Positions 11,402-23,041 of a DNA stretch of 64,000 nucleotides are shown one piece after another (the stretch's first letter is position 1; each line of letters starts with the position of its first letter). The position numbers and the translations under genes are program-made. The notes under the pieces are model-generated. The model was not told the DNA's origin. It worked only from the letters and a program-made list of their open reading frames with translations, and searched no databases. This DNA is from Podarcis cretensis (lineage: Eukaryota), in the NCBI GenBank assembly GCA_951804945.1, contig OX638150.1, forward strand, positions 29,140,001 through 29,204,000, read 5' to 3'.

Positions 11402-13769
11402 GTAACTGGAAGTGCCTACTTGGCTTTTGCACGGAGTGAATGGGGAGGTGGGAGATGCTGCGGCCTCAAATTGCAGGTGGGGTGTGTGTGCATGTGTGGA
11501 TGGGGAGGCGGGCGCATCGAACTTTGAGTGCTATTGCCGGGGTTGGTGGTGTTGAAGGGCACTTCAGGGAGGGTTCATTTATTAACACTCTTTCTCTGGG
11601 CACTCTTGCCTAGAGCTGGAGAAGCGAATCCCGGGAGAAGAGGCTGAGGATGGTTTTGAGGTGTCTGCCCTGCACGGGGGCCAGCACAGTGCCAAAAACA
11701 GCCTGTAATGTAGAACTGGGGAACCCTGGGCAGCCCTCCCCCTGCCCCCTGACCAAGGTGAGGCTGCTTCTCCCTCAACTGTATTTATGACTGTGTCTCT
11801 CTCACTGGGGGCAGGGTGGAAGGAGCAGAGCAGCCGCCACTGGCCACACAAGCCGAGACAAAAGCAGGGGTACCAGCGTGGGACAATAAGCAGCCGGCCA
11901 AGGGCGGGGTGGGCACAATGGGCTGCGTTGCTCTGCATTCAGGTCCCCTGGGGCTTCCTAGCTTTCCCATGCAGAAATAGGACTGGGGGCAGAGGCCTGG
12001 AAGCTGTTGCGCCGGCCATTAACCTGCCCCCTAGCCCAGCCTTGTGCCCTCCAGATGCTGTTGGTTCCCAACTCCCATTCCCAACTCCCATCAGCCCCAG
12101 CCAGCATGGCCCAAGGGTCAGGGATGCTGGGAGTTGTAGTCCAGCAAAAAGCCAACAAATGGACACCAGGTGGGGAAAGCCAGCCTTAAACCTTTGTCGC
12201 TTTGCCTATGGGACTGAGCTCCATCTCTTGAGTCTGCAGAGAATCCTGGGCAGATGATGCTTTGCCAGTTTTTGCTGCTTCTGTCCTGTTCATCAAAGCT
12301 TTTCTCGCCAGCTGCACCGCTCATGGAGCGTCTGTGTTTCCAATGGGAATTGAAAATTGGCTGCCATTAAATGTCCTAGGAGCTGTTGCCCTGGATCCGT
12401 GAAACCAAGCTTGAGCTAGCAAACTACCCCCCCCCATCTCAATTTGTGTTTGTGTGTGTGTGTGTAAAGAAAGAGTGCGAGTAAGTGCACTGCTATCTCT
12501 GTCACCCCACCCCCCTAAGTTTCAGTGTTTGGATCTGGACGGGAGCGTACGAGCGGCTGCGCCCTTCACACGGCTGTGGCATGGTTCATGCGTGTGCTCA
12601 ATGGTGTATGTGGCTGCTTGAAGTTGAATTGCACCTGCACAGTCCCAGATGGCAAGGCTGTTTGCATGAAGCGGCTTCCCCATGCAGCTATCCCATCTAC
12701 AACCACCACCACTCTACAAGAACAGGGCATCGCTGAAGCTGCCCTGTCTGAGCGGAGGGAGGTCTGCTTCACACAAGTGGCTGGCTGTCTTGCTTGCTTG
12801 CTTGCTATTTCATAGAGCTGCATTGTGCAACTCCCATTTCAAGCTGTTATACCATAGGGATGAGCCAGGCCCGAGTGTGCGAGAGGGCTCTATAGGTCTG
12901 TGTTACTGGCCAATGTTTACTCTCCTCTTGCATATGGACACTACAGAGACTCCTAACAGTAACTCCCTCCCCCAGGGAACTCCAGGAATTGTTGTGGGGT
13001 GGGGTGGGGGGTAGCGGAGGAGACGGGGGAAAGAATTAGGCAATCTCTAACAGAGAATTCAAAGCTAACTCTTCAAAGGGCATTTCCCCCATTATCTTGG
13101 GTTGGCAATTAAAATGGTTAAAGCCAATATTGGTTTTAGTTCAAATTGGGCATATGTATGAGAAGGCTGTGCTTAGTGCTTTTGTTTTTCCATTGTGTGT
13201 AGCTCAAGGATGTTTATACATGTATTCCTCCCCTGGCTGTTTATGGGATGGGGGAATGTGTGTGCCTGTTCCTCCCCACCTGTGTGCTTGCTCCCTTGTA
13301 CAGAAGAACGCAAGGGAGTTGCCACCCACCACCTGGGTGCATTTTGGAACTAGGAAGCTGCCTTCTACCAGGTTAGGATAAAGAACAATGGCAGTAAAGA
13401 TCCTTAGAATTCAAGACATGAACAATGGCAAGACCCAGAATATGAAAATTGTATTCCATTATTCTTATGAGTAAGGTAAACTACATCAGCGAAGGTACAG
13501 AAACACAAAACCAAATGATACAAATCAGAGGAAAGCATGCCAGTAGAGAAAAATCCATTTTGCCTCCTCAATCTTTTTCAATTCTGCTTTCTCAATAGTC
13601 AGAATTGACTTTTTATCTACCTGTCTGCTGTCTTCTGAATTAAATTATTTAGTTTTGTGTTTCTGTATCTTACTTGGTGTGGTTTATGTTTTATAGATCA
13701 CCATTATAGTACAGTGGGTTTTTTTTTTATAGTCTGGGCCTTGTAATTGTGTATGCTTTGCTTCACATA

Positions 13770-13928
13770 ATGTTGGACTATTGGTCCATCTGGCTTATCT
13801 CATGCCAGTTGGCTGCATCTTCCCAAAATTCCAGGCAGGCAGCCTTTCCCCTCCTTACCTAGAAATGCCAGAGATTGAACCTGCCACCTTTGGCATGCAG
13901 AGCAGGTGCTCTGCTACAGAGCCTCAGC
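13770..13928 (-). mobile_element. Degenerate tRNA-derived SINE
   Basis: Minus strand has GCTCTGTAGCAGAGCACCTGCTCTGCATGC...GGTTCAATCTCTGGCATTTC head. Boundaries approximate. Confidence 0.55.
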
Positions 13929-14217
13929 TTGCCCCTTATTTATGGGTTCAGTACATGTATCTGTGCCTCTTCATCTGTGTTTGAGATGGCACCGATGATG
14001 ACAGTGATGACAGTGTTATAGAAGAGTAATGATTGCTTCACATGCATTATTGCAATAATCCTTACGTGACTGGCATTACGAGTACTGTATGATGATGGGG
14101 AATGCCTGCTTCCACCCTTCCCTTTTCTACATGTGTATAAAAATGTTTCCTTGCCCTGTGCTGGGCTCCTTTTTCTCTCTCCCTATCTGTCTTGCCCACC
14201 CCTATCCCCCACCCCAG

Positions 14218-14359
14218 GAATTTGATAATGCCGAGGGAGAAGAGTATGCTAGTGAATTCTCAGCCCAGGGCTCACCCGCTACCCAGAATGGCCCAGAAGT
14301 TTACATTCTGCCTCTCACCGAAGTCTCCTTGCCCATGTCCAGGCAACCTGGGCGCTCAG
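14218..14359 (+). CDS. AATK: AATK exon 3 equivalent
   Basis: cag|GAA TTT GAT...CGC TCA G|gtaag. EFDNAEGEEYASEFSAQGSPATQNGPEVYILPLTEVSLPMSRQPGRS. Confidence 0.96.
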
Positions 14360-15986
14360 GTAAGTTGCTGAACCCTCTGCATTTCGTTGCACCCTTTCAG
14401 TTTTAGCAACGAGGCACACTTGCAACACGCAAAATAAGAGCATGACCTTGGATTTTCACATGGCTAATCAAACCTGGAATCTCCGTTCTTGCAATAATGA
14501 GTATGGAACAGAAGTTCTGTTCTTGCAATAAGGAGTATGGATTAGAATCCCCCCCCCCATGAAAGTGGGCAGAAAACTCCTTCCTTTAACCTTCGTGATT
14601 TTGCACTTTTCACTATGGTTGAAAAGGTGTAATGGGTTGCCTATGTGCACCCTCAAAGCAACTATGTACTGACACATTTATTATGGCACTAAGACATTTG
14701 TTATGACATACGCTACCCTTGATTAGAGTGCCATGATAAATGTGTTAGTCTTTCAAGTCTCTCTTTTCTTTTTGTTGCAAGACGCTACTAATACAGCAAC
14801 CACTCTCTGGAAGTTTTCGTCATTCCCATTCAGTGATCTTACATATGAGTTGTTTCCTAGAGGAAGCTGTCACAGGTGTGCAGAGAAAAGTGAAGCAGGA
14901 GCAGTAGTGGTCACTACTATTGTTACCTGGTGCTTTTTGTAGAGTGATATAAACGAGAAGTCGAGGCCCAGCCTGCCCCTAGGAGCTTACAATCTCAAGA
15001 GAAGAGGCAGATGCGATCAGAAGAATGTGGACAGTGGAATTACACATCCTTATTTTATTTTATTCTAAAAACCTCTAACCTCAGGCTTAAGCATGTGATC
15101 TGCTGAAGAGTCGGAAGAAATGCAAAATAGCTTAGATGTTGTCTTTTGTAGGCATAGGAAGATGCAAAATCTAGAGCTGTGCAGAGCATACAACCAGAAC
15201 GCCAGATGTTCCGTGTAACACAGAAGCTCTCGTCCTTTTGCCAAAATATGTCCAAGAAAAATACACCTTAAGCTGTTGTATATTCCGTCTCATCCCACCG
15301 GGACCTAAGGCAGCAACAATTGCCCCTAATGAGCAGGCGATCTTAAAGCGGCCAAAACAAGGCAGTATGCTTTCGATGGTATGGATCCAAAGGTCACCAT
15401 AGGGGGGTGCAACCTCTGGGGCTCCCCAAGTGTCCATCCCCCCCACCTCCCAGCAAGATCAAAGCTCCAAGAGATCCCCTCCGTCTGCAGCTCTTTTAGC
15501 TCAGCTGTCTGCCATATATTGCAAGGCTCCCTCCCCACCTTCTCCTCCACACAATGGATGGTCTCATTCCTGCTGCCCACAGCCCACTTGCAGCTGCTTG
15601 GTGGATACTGTGTCTGGGTGGATCAAGTCCTCGTTCCAGTCATGGAGTTCAGTTCCCTTCGCCCACATCTGTACTCTACGATGTAGATGCTTCTGTTGCC
15701 ACTCACAGCAGCTGCAGCGGGGGGGGGGGGGCGGCAGGGCTGGTTTTATGTGCGCAGTGTGTGGGTTTGTTTGCAACTTCCTGGGAGCACCTAGCAATGC
15801 TGCTTTCTGCCCCTCCAAGGCCCTGCCATACATGAGTTGTTCTTCATCACAGGCATTGTCACATCTAAAGAGTCTGTATGCAGAGCGTATTGTATGATGG
15901 CACCTGCCAGTTATGCGTTTGGGGGCTTTTGCTCCCCCTGCACCTACTTCAGAATCCTCTGCCTGCCCGCCCCCCAAGGGAAGATA

Positions 15987-16212
15987 CAGCGGTACCTCGG
16001 GTTACATACGCTTCAGGTTACAGACTCTGCTAACCGAGAAATAGTACCTCAGGTTAAGAACTTTGCTTCAGGATGAGAACAGAAATTGTGCTGTGGCGGC
16101 ATGGTGGCAGTGGGAGGCCCCATTAGCTAAAGTGGTGCTTCAGGTTAAGAACAGTTTCAGGTTAAGAACGGACCTCCGGAACGAATTAAGTACTTAAGCT
16201 GAGGTACCACTG
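15987..16212. mobile_element. Tc1/mariner/pogo-type MITE, family B
   Basis: TA|CAGCGGTACCTCGGGTTA ... TAAGCTGAGGTACCACTG|TA, with repeated CAGGTTAAGAAC internal motifs. Confidence 0.85.
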
Positions 16213-17454
16213 TACTCCAAATCCAGCATGGAAAAGCTCCGGTGGAAGAGCGCCAGGTGAAAGTGCCGGGAGCAGAAGTGGCAGCATCTGACCTTCTTTA
16301 GCTAAGCACCAAGCAGCCCACGTTTCAGGCGCTGGTGCTTTTTGCCTGTCTCCACACCAGATGCAACACTCTGCTGCTGTTGTTTCATTCCCCCTTTAAC
16401 TAGTATCTTCCGGATTGTTCCGGCTTCTTAGATGGGCACCCCAGCCAGTGACTCGGCAGTGCCACCTTGTGGGTTCGGGATGGCAGGGCAACTCCCCATT
16501 TATGCCGTGGCGGGGTGGGGTGGAGGTGGCAGGGGAGGAAATGGGACACAAAATAGGAATGCAGGGCACTTTTTTCCTAAACAGGATGTGGTACCTGAAA
16601 AGCAGGCATTCCGACCTGGGCACCCAGGCTCCCTCCATGATCAGGCAAGGCAGGGAACAGCGAGATAGGCCATCTCCAAGCCTCAGTGTAGGTGGTTGAC
16701 CCCCTCAGCAGAAGTCACTCCTTGCTCCTGTGGCCTGAGATCACTTCCTCTCCTCCGCTACCTTTGGAGACAAAGGCCTTTTGGTCCCCAAGTCCCACAG
16801 GCCCTGCATTCCTTCCCATGTGACGTGGCGAAGGAATCCAAGGCTTGCTCTGCTGTGTGGGATGGAGCCAGCTAGCTGGACAGTGACTCCCCTCTGCTCT
16901 GCCCACACAATTCTTGCCTGGTGCGGCCCTGCTGTGCACTAAATGGGCCCTCAGAGAATGGGTCCAGTGTCCAGATACAGCCATCGCCGCTGGGCGCAAC
17001 AATAGGGCCTTTGCTTCTCCGTGTGATGGGGAGCAGTGGCGTCTGGCACTGAGGGGGCGAAGGGGTGGCACCGCCTGCTTTTTTGAGGGAGGGGGGACAT
17101 GGGACTGCCCAGAAGGGTGGACGCGACACAGCCACTTTCTGCTGCCTGGAGGCTTGGAAGTTCGGCTGTCTATAGCAGAAGGCTCCTCCTGCGTATATGC
17201 GTTTGAGAGAGAGTCTTGCTCGCCTTCAGTCCTGGATCTGCCAACGGGGTAGAGATGCAGCAAAGTCACATAGCCTGGCCTCAGGAGCGGCTGAGGTGTC
17301 CGCTTCTCTCTGCGGATCCCCGTGTGCCTGATCCTTTGGGAAGCTTCCTGCCCCAGACTCCGCTCTTCTGCGGAAAGTTAAGATGAGGCAGCAGGCAGGG
17401 AACAAGCTGGCAGGGCATGCAGAACTTCAAACTGCTCTGTATGCTCCTTCACAG

Positions 17455-17534
17455 TGCAGCTGCTCAAATCCACTGACCTGGGACGCCATAGCCTGCTATA
17501 CCTCAAGGAAATTGGCCATGGATGGTTTGGCAAG
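17455..17534 (+). CDS. AATK: AATK exon 4 equivalent (kinase Gly-rich loop)
   Basis: cag|TG CAG CTG...GGC AAG|gtaagc. VQLLKSTDLGRHSLLYLKEIGHGWFGK. Confidence 0.97.
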
Positions 17535-18771
17535 GTAAGCTCCTCACCTGAGACTGATCCCATATTGTTGATTTATGCAACGGGGCCGCGTTGGTGGCAG
17601 TGGGGGACAGGGGGAGAGGGAGGAAGGAAGCAGATGCCAAAAGGCATGTTGAATGAAGGGATAACAGCGTAACTTTTGCTTCCTGTCCCATTATTCCTGC
17701 CTTCCTTGGTGTTTCCCTTTTGGCTGTTGCTGGTATGGGAGTAGGACCGGAACAACGTGTTCTAATTCACAGGCTGCAAATAGAGATCTTCTTCATTTTT
17801 GACCCAGAGGGTGTGGAAATGAGGGGATTCCATTGAAAGGGTGCGAAGAAGTGAGGAGAGAAAGAATGCCCTGGGTTGGGAAGGTGGGAGCAAGGAATAG
17901 ATTAGGTTTGACACCCCTGTCAGAGATGAGAATTAACAGGCCTTTGTATATTTATTTATATTGCCTGCCTGCCTACTTACTTTTTGGCATCTGTTTTTTT
18001 TTTTTAAATAGTGCCTGCCTCTGCCCCCAAAGCCAATTGTGAGAGCTGGCCATGGGGTGCTGCTAACTGGACATGGGTTGTGTCCAAGGTCCTTGCAAGT
18101 GCTGGTGGAGTGTAGAGCAAGGAGAGGCCTCTTTTTCATGTTACATTTTAAACTTAAGTAAGATGCATTGAAAGAGGGAGAAGGCAAGATATGAAATCTG
18201 TTCAAATGTACGTGTGCAATAACTTCAGCTCACGTCTGGGCCTTGGGGAAGGAGAACGTAGGGGAGAGGAGAATGTAGGCCTGAGAATGCTGAGCCTGTT
18301 CATAGTTTTCCCCGAGTTGCTTTTGTCACTTGGGGAGTTGTCCCATTTGCTCAAGCAGTTGGACACAACTCCACAACTCACATTGTGATTGCTGAAACAG
18401 CATCAGAAACCATGAGTCTGCATAGCCCTCGGCTGATGCGTTGGCTCGGTTGAGAGGATGGATGACATGGAAAAGTGCCGGAAAGTAATTTCTGAATTGA
18501 CACAAAGTGGGGAGGGGGGGATTGAGAGCACGGAGGGGAAATAAATTTCTTACATTCGCTGGAGAATTACAGTAGACCAGAAGCTTTGATCTGAGCCGCA
18601 GATGCAGTAGTCACCTGCTAGGCTGCTCACCTGGCATTTTGCAAAAGCCTTGCTATCTGACAGATACTGAGAGATAATGGCACTTCCTGGCCCATGCAGT
18701 GGCACTGCCCTATGGCAGGAGCCCAAGGTCCCAGTGCAACAGGCTAATGCCCTCTGTCTCTCCCATCCCAG

Positions 18772-18890
18772 GTGTTCCTCGGTGAGGTGAATGCAGGGCT
18801 GAGCAGCACTCAGGTGGTAGTGAAGGAACTCAAAGCCAGTGCCAGTGTTCAAGATCAGATGCAGTTCCTGGAAGAGGCCCAGCCTTACAG
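18772..18890 (+). CDS. AATK: AATK exon 5 equivalent (VVVK lysine)
   Basis: cag|GTG TTC CTC...TAC AG|gtaag. VFLGEVNAGLSSTQVVVKELKASASVQDQMQFLEEAQPYR. Confidence 0.97.
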
Positions 18891-20557
18891 GTAAGTTCCC
18901 CAGGGCCTTTCTGTAATAAGAAACATTGTTGTTGTTTTTAATTGCTGTATTTGTACTCCCAGGTGTGTGCTTGTGGGATTTTCTGTCTCAGGTGTCAAAG
19001 TAACTTGGCCAAACTTGGGCGCTATGCACTTTGTCCTGGGGAAGTGGCTCCACTTGCTGTTCCACCTGAGGCAGTGGAACGTCTTGGGCCGGCCCTGTTG
19101 ATGACCTTGGCCAGGAGAGAAAGATTGTAAGAGGACCTGTGTTAAGTCTTCCCCCGAGCCGAAGTACAAATGTGCTTCTGGAAACCTGCTTGCCTTCTAA
19201 ATAAATACCACTTTCCCATGGATGCGCCCAGAGAAACTTGACAATGTTAAAGAATAAAACTATATAAGACGATTGTAAGAGCTATTCATTCATCTCTCCC
19301 CCCCCCCCACACACACTCTACCATAATTTCCATGCCCAATTGGGAGAACACAGATGAGCCCCCATTGACCCGTTCCCTTCCTGCAAGTCCCTGCCACCAT
19401 TCCTGAATGTTGTGGGGGCTCAGTTGCCTGCAGCAGGGAGCTTGCTCTGCTTGACTAAGCTCTCTGTACTATTTAGACCCTGACACATCGCAGTGTTGTT
19501 GATGATCAAGAGAGCCCTACCCTTGTACACAACACAATGACCAAAACGAACTACAAACAGTGAGATACACCTTGTAGAATCAACCAACAATGAAAACTAG
19601 CAGCAGATTTTGGAACTAAAAAATGTCGAAACCGGTGGCAGAAGTAGTTAAGGCATTACAAATGTAAAATCCTAGTAAAAATGATGGCGTCAACTTATTA
19701 TACAAGACATTTAGATGGAGCTTGACTGATCTCAAATGCTTACTGTATAGCCCGGTTGCCCAAAGGTGTGTGCTTGGGAATTTTTGTTAGCACCGTGCAG
19801 GACTTACATCTAAAACGTGTTTTTTCTCTTTCCTGATAACTTCAAAGTATCCTTGCACCTTTCCCCACACACAATTAATCCAGTATAACTAATATTTCCT
19901 GGTTTTGTGTCATTGGCCCCCAAGGTATTAACACGCTTGAGGCACCTGAGGAAAATGTACTCCTTCTAAGCAACCCAATTCTCTGTATCACCTGCCGGGA
20001 AAGCTGTTCTGTGTTAAAACGATTTGCAGCGTATACCCCCGGGCTGGAAGGAAGTCAAAGGGGCTGCCTTTTGGATTCGAGAGGCATTGTCCGGGGGGAG
20101 GGATGGGACAGTGCTGGGAAAGCGATGAATTACCGTACCGACTCATGAACAAACTCCCCTATTGTCCTTGGCCGTGCTGTGGTGGCTGGCACAGCTTAGG
20201 ACCCATTTATTCGCGGACAGTACAGGGCTGTGCCATAGGAGCCCCTCCCTGTCCCCGCATGAACCTATTGTGTGAGTTGTTTGGAAAGGAGGGGAGAGGA
20301 GAGCACACCCTGGAGCAAATCTCTCTTTCTCAGCTAACCTACTTGGGGCTTCACCTGTAGGCCCAGCCTGCTCCTTCTTGGCTGCCCTGGCCCCAATGGC
20401 TTCCCTAAGGATCCTCCTATCGCCTTGCTCCCTGAGTCTCCTTTTCCTTTGATCTGCAGTGCTGCTGATGCAATTCCCTGCCTGGACTCTTTCCTTTCTT
20501 TTCTCCCCCTCCCCTTTCAGTCCCATTTCACTCTCCTGCTTTCCCCCTGTTTCACAG

Positions 20558-20645
20558 GGCACTCCAGCATACCAATCTCCTGCAGTGCCTGGCCCAGTGT
20601 GCAGAAGTGACGCCCTACCTGCTGGTGATGGAGTTCTGCCCATTG
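20558..20645 (+). CDS. AATK: AATK exon 6 equivalent
   Basis: cag|G GCA CTC...CCA TTG|gtgag. [29 protein letters not shown]. Confidence 0.97.
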
Positions 20646-21058
20646 GTGAGTCATTGCTAGAGGGGAGTTGCACACTTCCTCTCCATCCCCCACTCCACCC
20701 CCCAAAAACCCCTGCTGCTGTGGGCCTCCCCTGATCTTTGGGGGGCAGGTAAGCAACAAGACTGTGGCTGGCCGAGAGCCAAATCCTTGTTTAGGTTCAT
20801 GCCATATCTCTCTCCTGACTCTCGCTTGGGTCACGTGAAACCATTTGCTCACTTCCAGAGGTTTTTTTTTTCTGCTGTTGCGTTCTTTGGGGGAATCTGT
20901 GGCTCCCTGGGTAATGTTAGACTCCAGTTCCCATTATCCCTAATGGTCAGGAATGATGGGAGTTGCCGTTCAATAACATCCGGAAGGACACAAGGTTCTG
21001 TATGCCAGGTGTATGTACTCTCTCCCAAATATGCTTTGTTTTACCTAGTTTGATGGAA

Positions 21059-21410
21059 GGGACGCGGGTGGCGCTGTGGGTTAAACCACAGAGCCTAGGA
21101 CTTGCAGATCATAAGGTCAGCGGTTCAAATCCCCACGACAGGGTGAGCTCTCGTTGCTCGGTCCCTGCTCCTGCCAACCTAGCAGTTTGAAAACACATCA
21201 AAAGTGCAAGTAAATAAATAGGTACTGCTCTGGCAGGAAGGTAAACAGCGTTTCCGTGCGCTGCTCTGGCTCACCAGAAGTGGCTTAGTCATGCTGGCCA
21301 CATGACCTGGAAGCTGTACACCGGCTCCCTCAGCCAATAAAGTGAGATGAGCGCCACAACCCCAGAGTCGGTCACAACTGGACCTAATGGTGAGGGGTCC
21401 TTTTACCTTT
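21059..21410 (+). mobile_element. Sauria SINE, full length
   Basis: Same family as 2387. TSD ACCTAGTTTGATGG at 21043-21056 and 21411-21424. Confidence 0.92.
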
Positions 21411-21852
21411 ACCTAGTTTGATGGTGGGTGGATGCTCCTACTTTAGATACAGGGTTTGACTGAGAGACCATTGCATCTTTGAATTCTGTGGTGTATTTTT
21501 TCCTCTGTGGGGTACTGGCGGTTTAGTGTAGGGCTGGGTAAACCTCTTCCCTGCTCCTGCCACTCAGATGTTGCTGGACTCTCACTCCCATCCACCCCTG
21601 GTCCATTGGTCATGCTGGCTTGAGCTGATGGAAATTGGAGTCCACAGACTTCCCTATCCCTGGGTTTGGTGCACATGGCTCTCCCTCACTCCAGGCCTTC
21701 TTTGGGGCTTAGCTCCCACCCCCTTGGCTGCATTGCAGAGATGCTTTCTCTCTCTTGTTCTCCTCCAACACACCCATTGAGACCGCACAAGAAAGGTCTG
21801 TAGGCAGTGGTGCCCATGGGTAACGTTGTTGCTGCTGCTGCCACCCTGACAG

Positions 21853-21986
21853 GGTGACCTGAAGGGCTACCTGCGGAGCTGCCATGCGGCCGAGGCGCTG
21901 GCACCAGACCCCCTCACCTTGCAACGTATGGCCTGCGAGGTGTCCTGCGGCCTGCTGCATCTTCACCGCAACAACTATGTGCACAG
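21853..21986 (+). CDS. AATK: AATK exon 7 equivalent
   Basis: cag|GGT GAC CTG...CAC AG|gtgag. [45 protein letters not shown]. Confidence 0.97.
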
Positions 21987-22274
21987 GTGAGTCAGAGTTC
22001 CTGTCTCTTTCCTTTGCCGCAATTTCACATGGGAGTGTGTGGAGGAGGGGTGGGGAAGAATCCTGGGAAAGGGGCCCAGTTCTTCATTGGGGTTGACAGG
22101 GGAGCACCAGTGGGATCAGTAAAGCGCTAAGCCCAAAGTGCAGCAGGAAATAAAATGGGATGTACACGCAGTGGTTCACGGAGCAGCAGGTGTCACTGTC
22201 AAAGCCACCCTGTGGAAGTTGCTATATTCCATGCCAGACCATTGGTTCATATTATAGCTCAGTTTTGTCTACAC

Positions 22275-22407
22275 CAGTGTTTCCCAAACTTGGGTCACCA
22301 GATGGTTTTTTTGGACTACAACTCCCATCACCCCTAGCTGGTCAGGGATGGTGGGAATTGTAGTCCAAAAACCAGCTGGACTGGAGACCCAAGTTTGTGG
22401 AACACTG
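22275..22407. mobile_element. Palindromic hAT-like MITE
   Basis: CAGTGTTTCCCAAACTTGGGT...ACCCAAGTTTGTGGAACACTG with perfect 8-bp TSD GTCTACAC (22267-22274, 22408-22415). Confidence 0.9.
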
Positions 22408-22968
22408 GTCTACACCGACTAGCAGCAGCTCTTTGTCATTTTAGACAGGAGTATTTGCCAGCCCTACTTAGGAGGACTGAACTTGGAATCTGCTGCACCC
22501 AATTCCACCACTGATGATCTCTTTCCATATGACGGTGTTGCCATGTTAATGAATGCAGCATGAGGTGGGGTGTTTGGTTCCTGGTTCCTGGTGGCTGGAG
22601 GTGGAGGTGGTGATGATCCACAGAAGCAGAGATGAGGCTTTCATTTCCGCTTTTGGATTTTCTGAAGGGTTCATGGGCTGAGAAATGGGAAGCCTTTGGT
22701 TCATGCGGTGGAAGTTTTGGCCTAAGGGAGAAAGCAAGCCCTAAGGTCCTATGTGGGGAGTGAAGTTATGTGGACTTATGGCCAGTGTGTGCAAGGTATG
22801 GCATGTGTCGCTTGATAGCTTTCTTCTGCAACGGCGTTCTTGTCTTCTTCCTGTTTGCCCTTCCCGGAAACGTGGGGCTCCAGCATGCAACTTGCACTCC
22901 AGGAAGAAACCATCCCGCTGTGGATACCCTTCTGCAGATCCTGATCTCCTCCCGTCACCCTGCTCCTC

Positions 22969-23041
22969 CTCCCCAACAATATCCTGGTGCTGAGTGAGTG
23001 GCACTCAAGAGACTCCAGCATCAGTGATTTTGTTGAAGAGG
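22969..23041 (+). ncRNA. MIR338: miR-338 precursor (5p 22975-22996; 3p 23014-23035)
   Basis: Matches the mature sequences AACAATATCCTGGTGCTGAGTG and TCCAGCATCAGTGATTTTGTTG in a fold-back, inside an AATK intron as in mammals. Confidence 0.97.
22971..23038 (-). ncRNA. MIR3065: miR-3065-like antisense hairpin
   Basis: Reverse complement of 23014-23036 is TCAACAAAATCACTGATGCTGGA (mammalian miR-3065-5p). Expression in this species unknown. Confidence 0.45.

Noticed and set aside
19500-19960. AT-rich, compositionally distinct stretch in AATK intron 5
   Set aside because: No ORF, termini or motif I could identify. Possibly an old TE fragment, but unsupported without a repeat search.
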